A DNA stretch of 64,000 nt from Antedon mediterranea (GCF_964355755.1 NC_092678.1:6650422-6714421), one strand, 5' to 3'. Positions 13,831 through 27,861 are shown, counted from the stretch's first letter. The notes: generated by a model not told the origin, from the letters alone. A program made the numbers and translations.

Positions 13831-14469
13831 ATAATTGACTCTTGTAATATAATAAACGCTTGTAATATAATAAACGCTCGAAATATACTAAAGGCTTGAA
13901 ATATAATAAACGCTTGCGATAACAAATGTTTGCTATAACAAACACATTCAATAAACACTTGAAATAATAAACACTTTGAATAATAAACACTTGCTATATT
14001 AAAGTTGCGATAATAAATATATGCGATAATAAAAATTAATTTTTTACATGCCCATTTTTGTTATTACTGTAAGACGGCTAGTTTTTATCGATGCGCACAA
14101 GAAATGGATATTAATTTTCAATTGTCAAAAAAGTTTTACTATTCAAAAGTTGGTCTAAAAATCAAACTAGGATAAAGACACTCTCTTTAGATTGTAAAAC
14201 CTGTACAGTTTTTGATTAAGTGATATATCTTGTTTTTAAATTTCTGATAAGTAACACTAATAAGTAATAAACCTTGATCTGAAAAATTCATCCAATATTT
14301 TTTGAAAATCATGCGCTGATTATTGCTGTAGATTATTTATTTGTCTTAATTGTGAAGCAATTTTCCATTAAACGAACTAATTAAAATTAATGTTTTCCAA
14401 TATCATTTATACTTAATTTTCTTATAGAAACACCACAATATGTCATTCACAGTATTATGACACTTAATA

Positions 14470-14757
14470 AAAATAACAAACACCAGCGATAACAAACACC
14501 GGCGATAACAAAACACCGGCGATAACAAAACACCGGCGATAATAAATACTTGTGATAATAAATACTTGTAAAAATTTAACATTTGCGATAATAAACACTG
14601 GCGACAATAAACACTGGCGACAATAAACACTGGCGACAATAAACACTGGCGACAATAAACACTGGCGACAATAAACACTGGCGACAATAAACACTGGCGA
14701 CAATAAACACTGGCGACAATAAACACTGGCGACAATAAACACTGGCGATAATAAACA
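14470..14757 (-). repeat. 16-bp minisatellite AATAAACACTGGCGAC (~10 copies) plus related 17-bp units
   Basis: Direct reading; reverse complement of the CGC(A/C)AGTGTTTATT core. Confidence 0.93.
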
Positions 14758-15699
14758 CACACACATTATGTATTTATTTGGAAAAAATGTACGATTTTTT
14801 ATATTTCTTTTCCATGTTACCAAATCTATATTTTCATCATTAAAGTAGTTTTTACATTTTGTTTGGCATCTAAATTGGTTAAATAACTTTCAATGAAACG
14901 ATTTGTTTGTATTGTAAAACATAGGACAAAAATACTAATAAAAGAATTAACCCTTAGTCTCCAAAATGATCTTATAAAAATCCATCGGTCATAATGATTA
15001 AAGAGTATAATACTGACAATTAATAAGGTATCTCTCACAACATTTTTTGTAAACTTCAGATTTGTTATCTTTATTGTTTTAAAATGATTTAATTACCTTT
15101 CAGTATATCACCGGGCGGTTTGGAATTTCTTTAAAATAAAAAGTTCCGAGTCTGGCAGTGTGAATATTTGTAATTTTTCCTAAAGTTTGTTTTTTTGTAT
15201 ACATGTAATGTTACTACTCTTCCCTGGTTCTACTGTTTGTTTTTAAGTACACATACTGAACTCTACAATTCTGTTTTTTCCCACAAATATTGTACATTTG
15301 TAACTCTTGCATTTCTTTTTTACAATTTTATATCATGTTGCTAGCTGTAATTTTGTTATGTAATATGTGGTCGGTCACTATGTGTAAAAATCAATACAAG
15401 CTAATCAAATGTAACAATAACATTTCTTAAAAGAGAAGTTCAAAACCATAAATTAATTACAAATTAGAAATTGTAATTGTTTTGCTCAAGTGATCAAACT
15501 TGATGCTAATTCATTTCACATTCATATTATAATTATTATGTTACCAATTTGCTATTTCAGGCTAAAAATAAAAATGAATAGTGCTGCCTTTGTAATTATA
15601 TTTTCAAATATTATCCATGGAATGTTCCCATCTAACTACCATTATTACATGAATCTTTACAGTTTTGTTTGTTTGTCAACTGAAAATTAATATAAATAA

Positions 15700-18600
15700 A
15701 TAATATAATCTTCAATTATTACCTTATTTGTATACTACTAACCTAAAAAATATAAGTATTTAAGAAAATATAATATTCAATTTTTTTTCATCAATTTTTA
15801 CGTTATTATTTAGGCTAGATTCTACCACCTAGAAATGCATTTGTACATAAAATTAAAAAAATAAAATGTTGGTATATTTAAATATCATTAAACTGGAAAA
15901 GAAAATTGTAAGTATGTAAGAAAAACATTTAAAAAATGAAATATATATATTCAATCTTTTACTAAAACTTTCACATGCACATTTGTGTTATTATGTAGGC
16001 TAGTTTATACCGCCTAGAAATAACTTTTTATTAATTATTTAAAAAAATGAAAATGATATACTATTCAACTACAGCTTAAAAATGCATTTTTTAATTTGTA
16101 AAAAAATAAGATTTTGGTATATCAACAATTAAACCTGAAAAAAAAGTATGTTAGAAAATAAAAATGCGTATGATTTTATTATATTTGGACATATTAACTA
16201 TTAACCTGAAAAAGAAGTGTAAATGTAAAAAAAACCATTACAAAAATAACCAATTTCTTTAGAAATGAGTATTTGTTTTGAAAATTGAGATTTTAGTACA
16301 GTATAATTGAACAAGTTAATTATGAAACTGCCTGAAAAAAATATGTGAGGAAAAAAAAATTATGTAATGTGACTATGTAAGAAAAAAATTAAAAAAATGA
16401 AAATTAACCAATTTCTGTAGAAATGCATATTTGTTTCCAAAATTGAGATTTTGGTACAATATATAAGAAAAATTAAATTGCCTGAAAAAGGGGTATGTTA
16501 AAAAAACAATTTTTTTAAAAATTAAAATAAATACAGATTTTAGTACAGTAAATTTGAACAATTTAACTACTAGACTAAGTTTGCCTGAAAAAAATGAAAA
16601 TATAGGTATTTATGGAAAATACTGTTAATTTTTAAATTTTGAACAATTTAACTATTGTAGGCCTACTACCTGACTGCAAACAAAAGTAATTATGTAAGAA
16701 AAACATTAAACAACAAAAATTAAACACGATATAATATTCAACAGAAGCCTATAGAAATACATAAAGTATTTGTTTTCAAAATGTGTTAATAAATGAGATT
16801 TCAGTATATTTGAACAATTTAGCATGTCTGAAAAAAAGTTGTATGCAAGAAAACATGAAAAAAATTAATATACAGTAAATGATACAATATTCAATATAGA
16901 ATTTAAAATATGAATGAAATAAGAATATTGGAAATATATAAATATATTTAATATCTATAGAAAACAAATGCATATTTGTTTTGTTGTATTTATCCTGGCC
17001 ACTGAGAAAATTCGAATTAGGCCTTCCACGGACTACACCTACCAGATCAGCACACCAGGAGACGATCCCTAAAAAAAAATGTGGAAAATTAATTGAGATT
17101 TTGGTACAGTGAATTTAATGTTTAATGTATTAACTATAGGCCTCTCCTTGCCTAGAAAAAACGATTTTGGTACAGTAAATTTAATTAATATTTTTAGCTT
17201 GCCTGAAAAAAATTTTTTTAGAAAAACTTAAAAAAATAAGAAAGAAAATATCATATTCATCAACAGTCTATACAAATTCATATTTGTTTTCAAAAATTTG
17301 TAGAACAAGTGCGATTTTTGTTCAACTATTATACTACATGCCTGTAAATATGTAAGCATGTTAGAAAAATATTTTTAAAATAAGAACAAATTATATAATA
17401 TTCAACAGACGCCTATAGAAATGCATATTATTTTTCTAAATAAGTAAAATAAAATGAGATTTTGGTACAGTAAATTTAACTTAGCCTACCTGAAAAAAAG
17501 TTGTAAGTATGTTATAAAAACATTTTAAAAATTAATAATAAATGATATAATATTTAACTAACATTTTATCAGTCATATGAAATAAGAATATAACTAATAT
17601 AAAAATATATTTATATTGAACAACAGATTAAAATTGGTAAAAAAAAATGAGATTTTGGTACTGAAAATAAGCAGTTGTAAGTAATATGTAGGAAAAACGT
17701 TTAAAAAATGAATATAAATGACATAATATTTAATTGTTTTCATCAATTTGTACATGCAAATTAGTATGTAGGCTAGATTCTACCACCTAGAAATGCATTT
17801 TTACATAAAATCATTTAAAAAAATGACATTTTGGTATATTTAAATATCATTAAACTGGAAAAGAAAATTGTAAGTCTATAAAAATGGATGTATTTCAAGT
17901 AAGATTTTGGTTTTCAAAATGTGTTAATAAATGAGAATTGAACGATTTAACTACTTAATTACTTGGCCTGCCTGAAAAAATAAATATAAGAAGAATCTTA
18001 TAGAAATGCATAGCTGTTTAATTCAAGTACTATATTTTGTTAAAAAAGTATGTAACATTAGCCTATAAAACTATTAGCATGCCTGAAAAAAAGTTTTAGT
18101 ATGCAAGAAAACATTAAGAAAATGAATATAAATTTTAAATATTCAACTACGTTTCATAGAATATTTGTAAAAATTGTTATTATTATAAATATGACCCCCC
18201 CCCCACACACATTCCTTCTATTTATTATCCTGTATGTTATTATATTGTGGAAATAAATTAAATTGAAATTAAATTAAATAATGATGATATTCAATCTTTT
18301 ACCTTAATTTTTACATTCACATTTTTTTTATTTGGTAAAAAATAAGAAAATTAATAAACATTTTAATTTTTACATTCACATTTTTGTTATTATGAAGGCT
18401 ATTTATGCCGTCTAGAAATGGTATATGAATAATTTACCTGAAAAAAATATATATTTAGAAAACAAGAGATTTTGATGTAATGTAATACTACTGTACATGC
18501 CTAAAAAATATTTAAATGGTATTTTGCTATATTAATAAAAATGATTAAACCTGCCTGAAAAAGAATTATAAGTATGTATAAAAAAAAAAGTTAAAAATGA

Positions 18601-20330
18601 ATATAAATGCCTATATAAATACAGTTTATAGAAAAACATTGAATTAAACTACCTGCATGAGACAAATTGTAAATGTAAAAAAATCAAATGTTTAGGATAA
18701 ATTCTTTTAATTGTCAATTTAACTATTACCTCAAAAAGTGTGCAAGTATATGTAAGAAAAACATTACAAAATAAATAATGATATATAATATTCAAATAAA
18801 TTTGGTATAAAATATTTAAGAAAAAAATGTACAAATAATGATATAATATTCAATAGAAATGCAAAAAAAATTAGTTTTGGTACTTAGTATATTTGAAAAA
18901 ATCTAACTATTATATTTCCTGAAAAAAATAGTATTAAATTAGTATAAAGTAAAGGAGACTTCCTGCCTGGAAAAAAATTGTAAATGTAAAAAAATGGATT
19001 TTACATAATATGAATTGTGTTATTATGAATGATTCTATTCCTACAAATGCATTTCATAATTTAAAAAGAAAAACAAAAAAACTTGTTGTTATTATTTGTA
19101 AAATTGTAACTGTACTGTAAACTATTTTAAGTTTAAAAGGCAAAATTTGTAAACAAAATTAGATGTTGGTATATTTGAACAATCTAAATATTGTACCTCT
19201 CAGCGTTTTGACCTTATAACTTAAGCATGCCTTATTCAAATTTAGTCAAATTCAAACAGTAAGTTTACACATATTTTTGTATAGCATTTTTTTTAATAAA
19301 ATTTTTAAAAATCTATCTATCGACTTTTTTAGTTTACTGCCTGAGAAAAATGAATATTACACAACCTTTGAATTTTAATTGTATATATTTTTTTAACCAT
19401 AAAAACAAATAATTCAACCTTTTACCAACAATTATTTTGTTTTTATAAATGGTTCAACTTCCTGACCACAAATTCTATTAACTTAGAATGGCTAAGTTTA
19501 CAGATATTTAACACCAATATATTCCATTTTTATGAATAATCATCACATTCTACTGTTAAGAAATTCCATTTTTTTCCAAAGTTTGTAAACAAAATAAGAT
19601 TTTTGTATATTTGAACAATTTCAATATTGTACCTTTCATCTTTCTGACCTTATAACTTAAGCATGCCTTATTCAAATTTAGTGAAATTCTTACAACAGTA
19701 AGTTTACACATATTTTAGTATAGCATTTTTTTTCTAATACAATTTTTTTTTAATTTTCAAATATTTTATTTATAAGTTATTTTCCTTTACATCTCTGATT
19801 TTGCATCTTCTATTGACTTTTGACCGAGAAAAATGCAAATTACACTACCTTTGAATTTAAATTTTTTAAATTTTATTAACCGTAAATGTTGATTTTAATG
19901 AATTCAATACAGTACAATATTGTATAACATTTTGAAGCAGTGTTTTTTAAAATAAAGTGGTCTTCCAATGAACATTACATCAATTGCATTTTCCAGTTCA
20001 AGCATAACAATACTGTAGGATCAACAAGTATTTCTTGAAACAAAACTATAAAATGTTTTGTTTCCAAACTTTCTTTCTAAACTAACTTCAAAAGCTTTAA
20101 CAAGTTTGAACATTTCCCAATTTGTTCTTCCAACAATAACAGAGCTTTCAAAATAAAATTTTAAAACATTTGTAAAAAATATGTTTTTTGACGAAATTTG
20201 TAAACAAAAGTACTGTAGATTTTGGTATATTTGAACAATTTAAATATTGTACCTTTCTGACCTTATAACTTAAGCATGCCTTATTCAAATTAAGTTAAAT
20301 TCTTACAATTTTAAGTTAAATTCTTACAAT
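15700..20330. repeat. Decayed AT-rich satellite / local duplications
   Basis: Recurring motifs TAGAAATGCAT, GAGATTTTGGTA and GCCTGAAAAAA at roughly 200-bp spacing; GACCTTATAACTTAAGCATGCCTTATTCAAAT at ~19210, 19647, 20259; ~15770-15950 resembles ~17720-17880. Confidence 0.65.
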
Positions 20331-21779
20331 TTTAAATTAAATACCTTCTTTCTAATTTAACACCAAAAGTTTTAACATTTTACATAAATTTTTCAAAAAT
20401 ATTTTACTGTTTTTCCTTTATCTCTCACAGTATAAACTCAAATGTCTCTTTTTTAGTTTAGTACCGGGGTCAAATTTAAAAAAGACATATCAAAATGCAA
20501 ATTACTGTTCATGACATACAGTATAAACTCAATGTGACCTAGCCAATTCTCTATATCTCTTGTGACTGAACTCTATCTCATTATTGTTTGGGGTAACCCA
20601 CTTCTTCATAAAGTTAATAATTTTAGTGAATTCAATGCAACATTTGATTGTATGAGATTGATTGTGTAAGAAAAATGGATATAATGAAAATTGAAAGAAC
20701 ATTATGATGGCAAGGGGAAACTGGCGGGACCATTGTCATCGATTGAATTGATTGTATTAGATAAGAAAAACAGATATAATGAACAGAGATGGAGATTATG
20801 AAAACAGGAGGGGACCGTTGCTATTGGTTTAGTAAAAGACAGTGCCCTCACTGAGGGGATGTCGGGCTACTTGAAAAAGCAAACATAGGGTAGTACTTTT
20901 TTTGAAGTACTTTTTAAAAATTAGTAATTACTCTTTAAAAAGTAACATAATATGATACTTTGAGCAATTCATACTGTGAACTGGACAGGGCACAGGTATG
21001 TCTATAAAGTAAAATATTGGGATAATAACTAACAGATGATGCTATAAAAAAAAAATGTATTTTAAAAATTATTTAACATACTAGGGGCCAGTACTTTCAA
21101 TACATTTTATGCTATCAGGATTTTTTTCTCCCATCTAAAAAAATGTACTGTACCTTAACGGAAGGCAAACGGATTAAAATAAAATATTATACTGTATATG
21201 ATACTGTATATATATAATTTGCAAAGATAAGATGACGAAATCTGTGAGAATGAGAAAAGTCGACTTTTTCTCATTCTCACAGATTTCCTTATCATATCGT
21301 TTCAAATTAATTAATACATTTTCAGTATATCACCAGGCTGTTTAGGATTTAATTTTCTATGCCTGTGGTGTTTATAAATATCTGGAATATGGATCCGCTT
21401 ATATAGTTTACATAATTATATAATAATTTTTTACAGATAAACAATGCTGAAAGAGACATTTTTTCGGAATGTCAAAAAGACAGGAGCATGCTCATAGTTA
21501 GGTATATTAAGTGTTAAAGTTAGTGTTAGGAACCATTTTATGACCATGCACCTGTATTCCTTTTGATGGTCCCACTAATGTAGCTCTAAATATAGAAAGC
21601 ATTGAACTGTATTTCACTACTTATTAAATCAAAGAATTTCCAAGTGATAACAACTTGTTACTGCACATGGAATAAGACATGCGCGAAAAAAAAAAGAAAA
21701 AAAAAGGATGAAATGCAGATATGTTTGTACAGGTCACCTAGCAAGAAGTGAGGACAAAAGGTAGGCAAAAGAAGAAAAA

Positions 21780-21935
21780 GAGGTAAAATATGAAAACAGA
21801 AAGACCTATAACTATTTGGGCAGCATAGTTACAGAAGAGTTGTGAAGAGAAGAATGGGTACATCCAACATAGATGGAGGAATGGACAACAGTCTGGGAAG
21901 TAAATCAAGCGCTAAATCCAAAAGGTAAAGGACTG
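21780..21935 (+). mobile_element. Possible highly decayed non-LTR retrotransposon RT C-terminal fragment
   Basis: In-frame YNYLGSIVTE resembles the RT YLG motif, followed by W..W residues; stops present. Confidence 0.3.
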
Positions 21936-21994
21936 AATCAAAATAATTTACGGGATTAAAACCTTTGTAACAGGCTAAAAAAAATGATATTGGC

Positions 21995-22105
21995 GATTGG
22001 CAATTGGCTAATGCACAAGCACGGACAGCCATAGAAAAGTGGTGATTGGCTAATGCACAAGCACGGACAGCCATAGAAAAGTGGTGATTGGCTAATGGAC
22101 AAGCA
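21995..22105 (+). repeat. 42-bp tandem repeat, ~2.5 copies
   Basis: ATTGGCTAATGCACAAGCACGGACAGCCATAGAAAAGTGGTG repeated. Confidence 0.85.
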
Positions 22106-22174
22106 AAAAGTGCAACTGCGAATGATGTAGGTTAGGCTACCAATAACTGTGACATTGTATAGGTTTGAATTTAA

Positions 22175-22356
22175 TTTACCTCCGCCAACGAGCTATATGT
22201 AATCGATTGTTTGTTTGTTAGTGTAGTGAAAATAGCCTAAATCACACACAGCATTAAGACAACAATTTAAAATATTTTTTTCATTTTTCAGTGACATCTT
22301 GTGTAGGAGAATTTACACTAGGCTGAGGTATGCACTCTCTGAGTGTCTTTCTAGTT
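22175..22356 (+). mobile_element. Short non-autonomous Helentron-type (HINE/DINE-like) element
   Basis: Starts TTACCTCCGCCAA, contains a (TGTT)n microsatellite, ends GGCTGAGGTATGCACTCTCTGAGTGTCTTTCTAGTT (subterminal inverted repeat, short hairpin, CTAG-TT). Confidence 0.7.
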
Positions 22357-23589
22357 GAATACTGTGACATATAAACCTTGTCGACAAAATGTATCAAACA
22401 TTACTTTATAGATAGTCAGAGGATTTGAAACCAATTGCATGGTTTTAATAGAAAAACGTTTTGCTGTGGTGAATATTGGAGCAATTTCTTTTTTGTTTGA
22501 CAGTGTCTGTGTGCAGTAATATTATAATTCTTTTCATTTTATTTTTTTAATCAAACTCCAATATGTGTTTTTCACAGGATTACCTCTATTTTCTATCAAA
22601 CATTGGTGTTTTCCCCTATAGATTTTCATTGTTTCGACGTTTTTGTTTTGTGTTTGTCTGTTGTAAGCTATGCAACCTCTGATTGCTCTTGTATTTTAAG
22701 TAAATGAACGATTTCGGCTAAAAACAAATAAATAAAAGAGAACTTAAACTACATGGTGAAACTATCCCCCGCCGGACACCATCCCGGTACTTCTAGAACT
22801 GGTTTCGGGGGTTGGTTCAAACTATTATGGTATTTGAAGGTTTTCGGGAAGTACATACGTAAACATACTTCATTAATTGTGCAGATTGGTGACCTTTTAG
22901 TTTTTGCAAGTATCAATCTATATTTGTGACTGTGAGACATAATTTGGAAATGATGGTTGCCAGGATGGTATGGATCATTTACTTATCAATGTTCGTATAA
23001 TATTAAAAAACTGTTTTATAGTACATTTTAAAAACGAGAACAAAAAAGGCCATTGTTTCACAGTACATTTAAAAACTATTCTTTCAAGAACAAAGACTTT
23101 TTTACTTTACAAAGAACAATTAAACGACAAATGCTTGATCACATGAAAGAGAATGATAAAGCAATGTTTGAGAACCAAAATCATTAACTGGCTTTTCTTT
23201 CTTTTTTTTTTAAAGATTTTCATAATTTCATGTTTTATTATGTGTTGTCTCAACACAACATATCACTATAGTGTATTTTTCATTTTACACAATCCTACAA
23301 ATCAAGCAAAAAAGTTTTTTAAAACTAAAAAGATTTAAAATTAATAAGAAAATACACAGTAAAGACATTTTTTACAGTCCAGTTTTTGTCATCTAAGAAT
23401 GTTTAAATCATATTTTTGTAACAAAACTTGTAAATTCCAGGAGAAAAATGAATTAAGAGAAATGCTTTGTATCAAAAAGACAAAGCACAAGAAAGGAAAT
23501 TATCCAAGTCAAAGAGACAACGGCAAAATGGGTAAATTAACTAGCAAGAAGATAGGACAACAGGTGGACCAAACGAATAACTGCCACCT

Positions 23590-23660
23590 AAGAGCTGGCA
23601 GAGGAAGAAGAGCTGGCAGAGGAAGAAGAGCTGGCAGAGGAAGAAGAGCTTGCAGAGGAA
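23590..23660 (+). repeat. 18-bp tandem repeat AAGAGCTGGCAGAGGAAG x4
   Basis: Direct reading. Confidence 0.9.
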
Positions 23661-24454
23661 AAGACCTTTTTTAAAACGTATTTATTCAACAAGTGGTCAA
23701 GGGTACAAAAGTTGTCCCCAACCCTCACAAAATGCATAAGATACTTGTGCAAGGACATGAGAACCATTAACTGCATTAGAATACGCTAAAGGGGAGAGGG
23801 GGGGGGGGGGAAGGTGGTAAATAAAAGTATATTTAAAAATTATGCCTAAATGGCGAGCAATATACCTTAGTGCAATTTTCTAAGCGATGTCCCACGGCGC
23901 AATATTTTCTTTTGGAGCGATGTCCAACGAATTGTGACCATCTGAGCGATGTATGCCTACCGCTAAGTCGGACCTACCGCATAAGCGCGTACCATCAAGC
24001 GCTACCTCTGAAGTGCACCTCCGAGAAGAACGAGAAAATAATGGGACTGCGTTGCCACATCATCGATGAGGGGTATTGCCAGGAACAAAATAATCTGCGA
24101 ACTACTGTCGGGTGCTAGGCGCTACTCTCTGGCGCTACTCAACGATAGGTCACAGTTCGATATTATAGGCATGTTTCTGTAAGCCTACCTCTACGTCGTA
24201 GCCTACCTCTCCAAGTACAAGCGCTCCTACCTGTGAGCATAGGCCTCTCCTGCACTGAGAGCTCAGACCACAGAGTGATATAATTATTGCTAGGTAATAT
24301 TATTTTAGCTTTTATGTATGCACATCAGTATAGGCGATACTCTCTGATGCTAGGCATACTCTCAGGCGCTACTCACAAGGATACTATAGGCTACAGTTCA
24401 AAATTATAGGCCACCACTTCCATCGTCTTCTGTCCATATGTGGTCGGTAGATTG

Positions 24455-24645
24455 AACCACCTGTATGTGTGCGTGTGTTGTATAACATACCGGAAGGAGC
24501 GATATCAGTACACCGCGCCTCACCACACCACCTGTATGGTGTTCGTGTGTTGTATAACATACCGGAAGGAGCGATATCAGTACACCGCGCCTCACCACAC
24601 CACCTGTATGTGTGCGTGTGTTGTATAACATACCGGAAGGAGCAA
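24455..24645 (+). repeat. 75-bp tandem repeat, ~2.5 copies
   Basis: GTGTGTTGTATAACATACCGGAAGGAGC occurs three times. Confidence 0.9.
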
Positions 24646-25622
24646 AAATCAGTATGCCGCTACTCACCACCTGGATCGACCTACAAGCTACATACCGTTT
24701 TTATTTGAATAAACGCCTCTTACCTATAGAACATCAATTGGAATAAAGCCGCCCCACCCCTCGAATAACGCCCCGTACCGTTTGTATATTTCCTCGACTG
24801 CCTCGCCACATAATAATACACAATATTGTATTTTAACACATTTCTGTTTTATTTACTGAAAATTGTAAAATTCAATAAAAAAAATAGTCAAATTGTGTGT
24901 TCAAATTTCGTTTATTTAGGCCTATTTGTCTTTTGGTAAAATAAGTTTTTCTACAGACGTGAGAGGCCTATAAACTTAGATTGTATTCATCAATTCATCA
25001 ATTTTTCATTCCAATTTTCTCTTACAATATTAATTATTTTTATTTATCAGATTATAATTTTTTATTAATAAGCCTACTGTTGTATTTTATACACTATGCT
25101 GTTTTTTAACAAAATTCCATCCGTAACCAATACAGTATTAGGATTTTTTATTTACGGTATCATGGATATTGTGTGCGTTTTCTAAAAGCATTATTTACGT
25201 TCGGATTCCAATTTTCTTTGGTTTATCGTTAGTACTTACTATTAATATACTATTACTTACTTACAAAAATGTTTCTATATGGAAAAAATAAAAGATTATT
25301 TATACAAATCTTCCAGATGTCTTTTGTTCATAAAATAATGTTGATAATAAATTGTTTTAAAACTTGGTTTTGTACGTAATGTTTTTGGAATTAAAACTAT
25401 ATACTGAAAGTAATGTATATATTACTTGAAGCAATTCATTATCAACACATTTACATTAATGTCTTTAAATAAATAGTAAAGTACTTTTTTACTATTTATT
25501 GAATTTACGCACTTTTGTTTAATAAGTTATCATACAATCACAACAGGAGCTACATTCACCGTTTCACTGAACGAATGACGGCGCCAATAACATTCTGATT
25601 CATATGATTTCTACGATGTTTC

Positions 25623-25748
25623 TTTTTAGTCGCGTGCGTGCAACGCGACTCTATAGCTCACTGTGGCGGTCGGTCGGTCGGTCGGTCGGTAAACACTAAC
25701 TCAAATTTTCGCAAGCAACGCGCAACTTCAGCCATGTATATGGCCTGC
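25623..25748 (+). mobile_element. Short Helentron-type non-autonomous element (relative of 33208-33302)
   Basis: TTTTAGTCGCGT...ACGCGACT inverted repeat, (GGTC)n microsatellite, 3' GCCATGTATATGGCC hairpin. Confidence 0.7.
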
Positions 25749-26239
25749 CACAATTAAATTCGAATGCAATATTTTAAGAAATACTTGTTTTAATGAAAAT
25801 TATGTACAATAAATATTATTAGGACATGTGTATTGAAGGTTCAACAAACTTTAACATAACTTATTACTAGATAACATGTAAGAAAAAAACACATTTTGAA
25901 CCATTTAATTAAAGCTACCATGGCATTAAATTAATTTATGTGTTAAGTTCTTTAAAGTTTTGTTATTGTTTTTAGTAGAATTTACCACGAACCTCTCCTT
26001 ACGATAGTGTTCCTCTGCTTGAGGAGAGTAACCAATTATATTATTATATTAGATAATAATTATATTTAAGAGATAAGATACATTTTACACATTCACGGAA
26101 AGCAGAGATGTTCTATTCTAAACGATTTTCCATTGTTTTTTTTTTTATTTATTATAATTTTTTATTTATTTTAACCAAAATAATTATGTTTTTTGCTTTT
26201 AAAATTACATTTTTTCAGGTAATATTTTTTTTTCGATCC

Positions 26240-27340
26240 ATTCGTTCATTCATCTTTTTATTTCGGAATATCATGGTGAAATAATATTATATCCATAGCA
26301 AAAGAGAGAAAAAAAAAATCTTAATCTAACAGCTCACAGAACAAAAACAAAGATATGTAAATATATAAAGTCAATGCAACAAAGCATTCCATTGTATGTG
26401 CATTTTTGACACATTAAGAACGTGGCGATTAATGGCCATGATCAAGAAATTACTACTTGCGTTCAGCAGCAAACGTAAGGCATTGTTATAACATACTTTC
26501 AGTGATCAGTGACAGTAACTCTTAAATAGATAACATTTAGTCTTAGTAGAACATTTTCCAAACTTTCTATTTAGAGAGTTGACCCTAATGCAAATAGATC
26601 GATATTGACGTTTGATGTCACTGACTTTCATCACTCAGATTATTACTGATCTCATGACCAAGATAGGTTATTGAATTATCAACGATTAGAGGTGCCCCAT
26701 TTAAGGTAATATGTGGAACACCTTTGAGGTTGCGGACTTTCGGGCAAAATAGCAAGCATTTGGATTTGGTTTCATTAAAAGTAATATCATGGTCACTAGC
26801 AAAACCTTCACAGAGTCCAAATAGGCTTTGTAAGCCAATCACTGAAGGAGCCAAAAGGACCAAGTCATCGGCAAAGCTTAGGCAATTCAGTTTAAAATTA
26901 ATTAATTAATTTCACAACCTTCTTTTGACTTAGTCAGTTCAACAGTTAACGGATCAGTGTACACATTGTAAAGTAGAGGGGAAATAACACCTCCCTGGCG
27001 AACCCCATTACGAACAGTGAAAAAAATCGGAAACGGAACTACCCCACCTGACAACAAATTCCTGATTCCTATACCATGACCTCAGTATCTTAACTACAGG
27101 TGAAGGGGTACCCCTGTCAATTAGGGTCTTGAAAAGTGTCCAGTGGTTCACTTTATCAAAGGCTTTGCTAGCGTCCAAGAAACAGCAATAAACTGGGCTA
27201 CCATGATTGTTGTAATACAATAATCTGTTTAAGAGCAAATATACACAATTCGGTTGAGTGACCAGATTTGGAGGCAAACTGGCTGTCATGGGAGTCCAGT
27301 GAATTACCACAATGTTGTATCATTACATTGAGCACCTTTA
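26240..27340 (-). mobile_element. Degenerate 5'-truncated non-LTR retrotransposon (LINE) reverse-transcriptase fragment
   Basis: FLDASKAFDKVNH, GVRQGGVISP, ADDLVLLAPS and YLGH motifs spread over broken frames. Confidence 0.9.
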
Positions 27341-27697
27341 ACGCTATATAAATCGAACGATTGATTGATATTATATTCAACAAAAACAATTTAAGGCACA
27401 ACTTTAAGTTCTTCGTTTTTAACAAAGTAGTTTACTTATATTCTTGTAATTTATTATTTATTTTTTTATAATTTCGATATTACAAAAGTATCATCCAATA
27501 AATAATTAAGTTAACGAATTGTTTTTTGCTTCTGCAATGAGGGATAATAATAATAGTTTTAAAAGTTCCTGATCTTCCTACATTACAAATTACGTCAGAC
27601 AAAGGCAAAACATCTGACCAATAAGCGACTACAATTATTGACAGCCAACACTTTTAGTATAAGTTGTATAATGTAAATAAAATGAAATCGTAGTTAC

Positions 27698-27861
27698 CTT
27701 TTAGTACACATATAAATTTAGCGGTGTTGCCTTGTTCCACGACACGGCTTTGCGGACGAAACGCGAACTCTGGTGGTGTGACCATCTCCACGTCAATGGT
27801 CACAACTGGACGGGGCATCTTGAGGTCTTCATCTACATCGTATTCATACTCAGACACGTCA
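27698..27861 (-). CDS. Isolated exon encoding the start of an I-set immunoglobulin domain (titin/twitchin/muscle-protein-like)
   Basis: PPEFAFRPQSRVVEQGNTAKFICVLKG matches the I-set N-terminal pattern; bounded by a tatacag acceptor and a G|gtaac donor; no partner exons recognised. Confidence 0.6.

Noticed and set aside
2535-14757. CRISPR-like appearance of regular short repeats
   Set aside because: No unique spacers, no cas genes, and the context is eukaryotic with spliceosomal introns
23399-23790. ORF with RAGRGR repeats resembling an AT-hook or RG-rich protein
   Set aside because: The motif derives from an 18-bp tandem repeat; no splice or domain support
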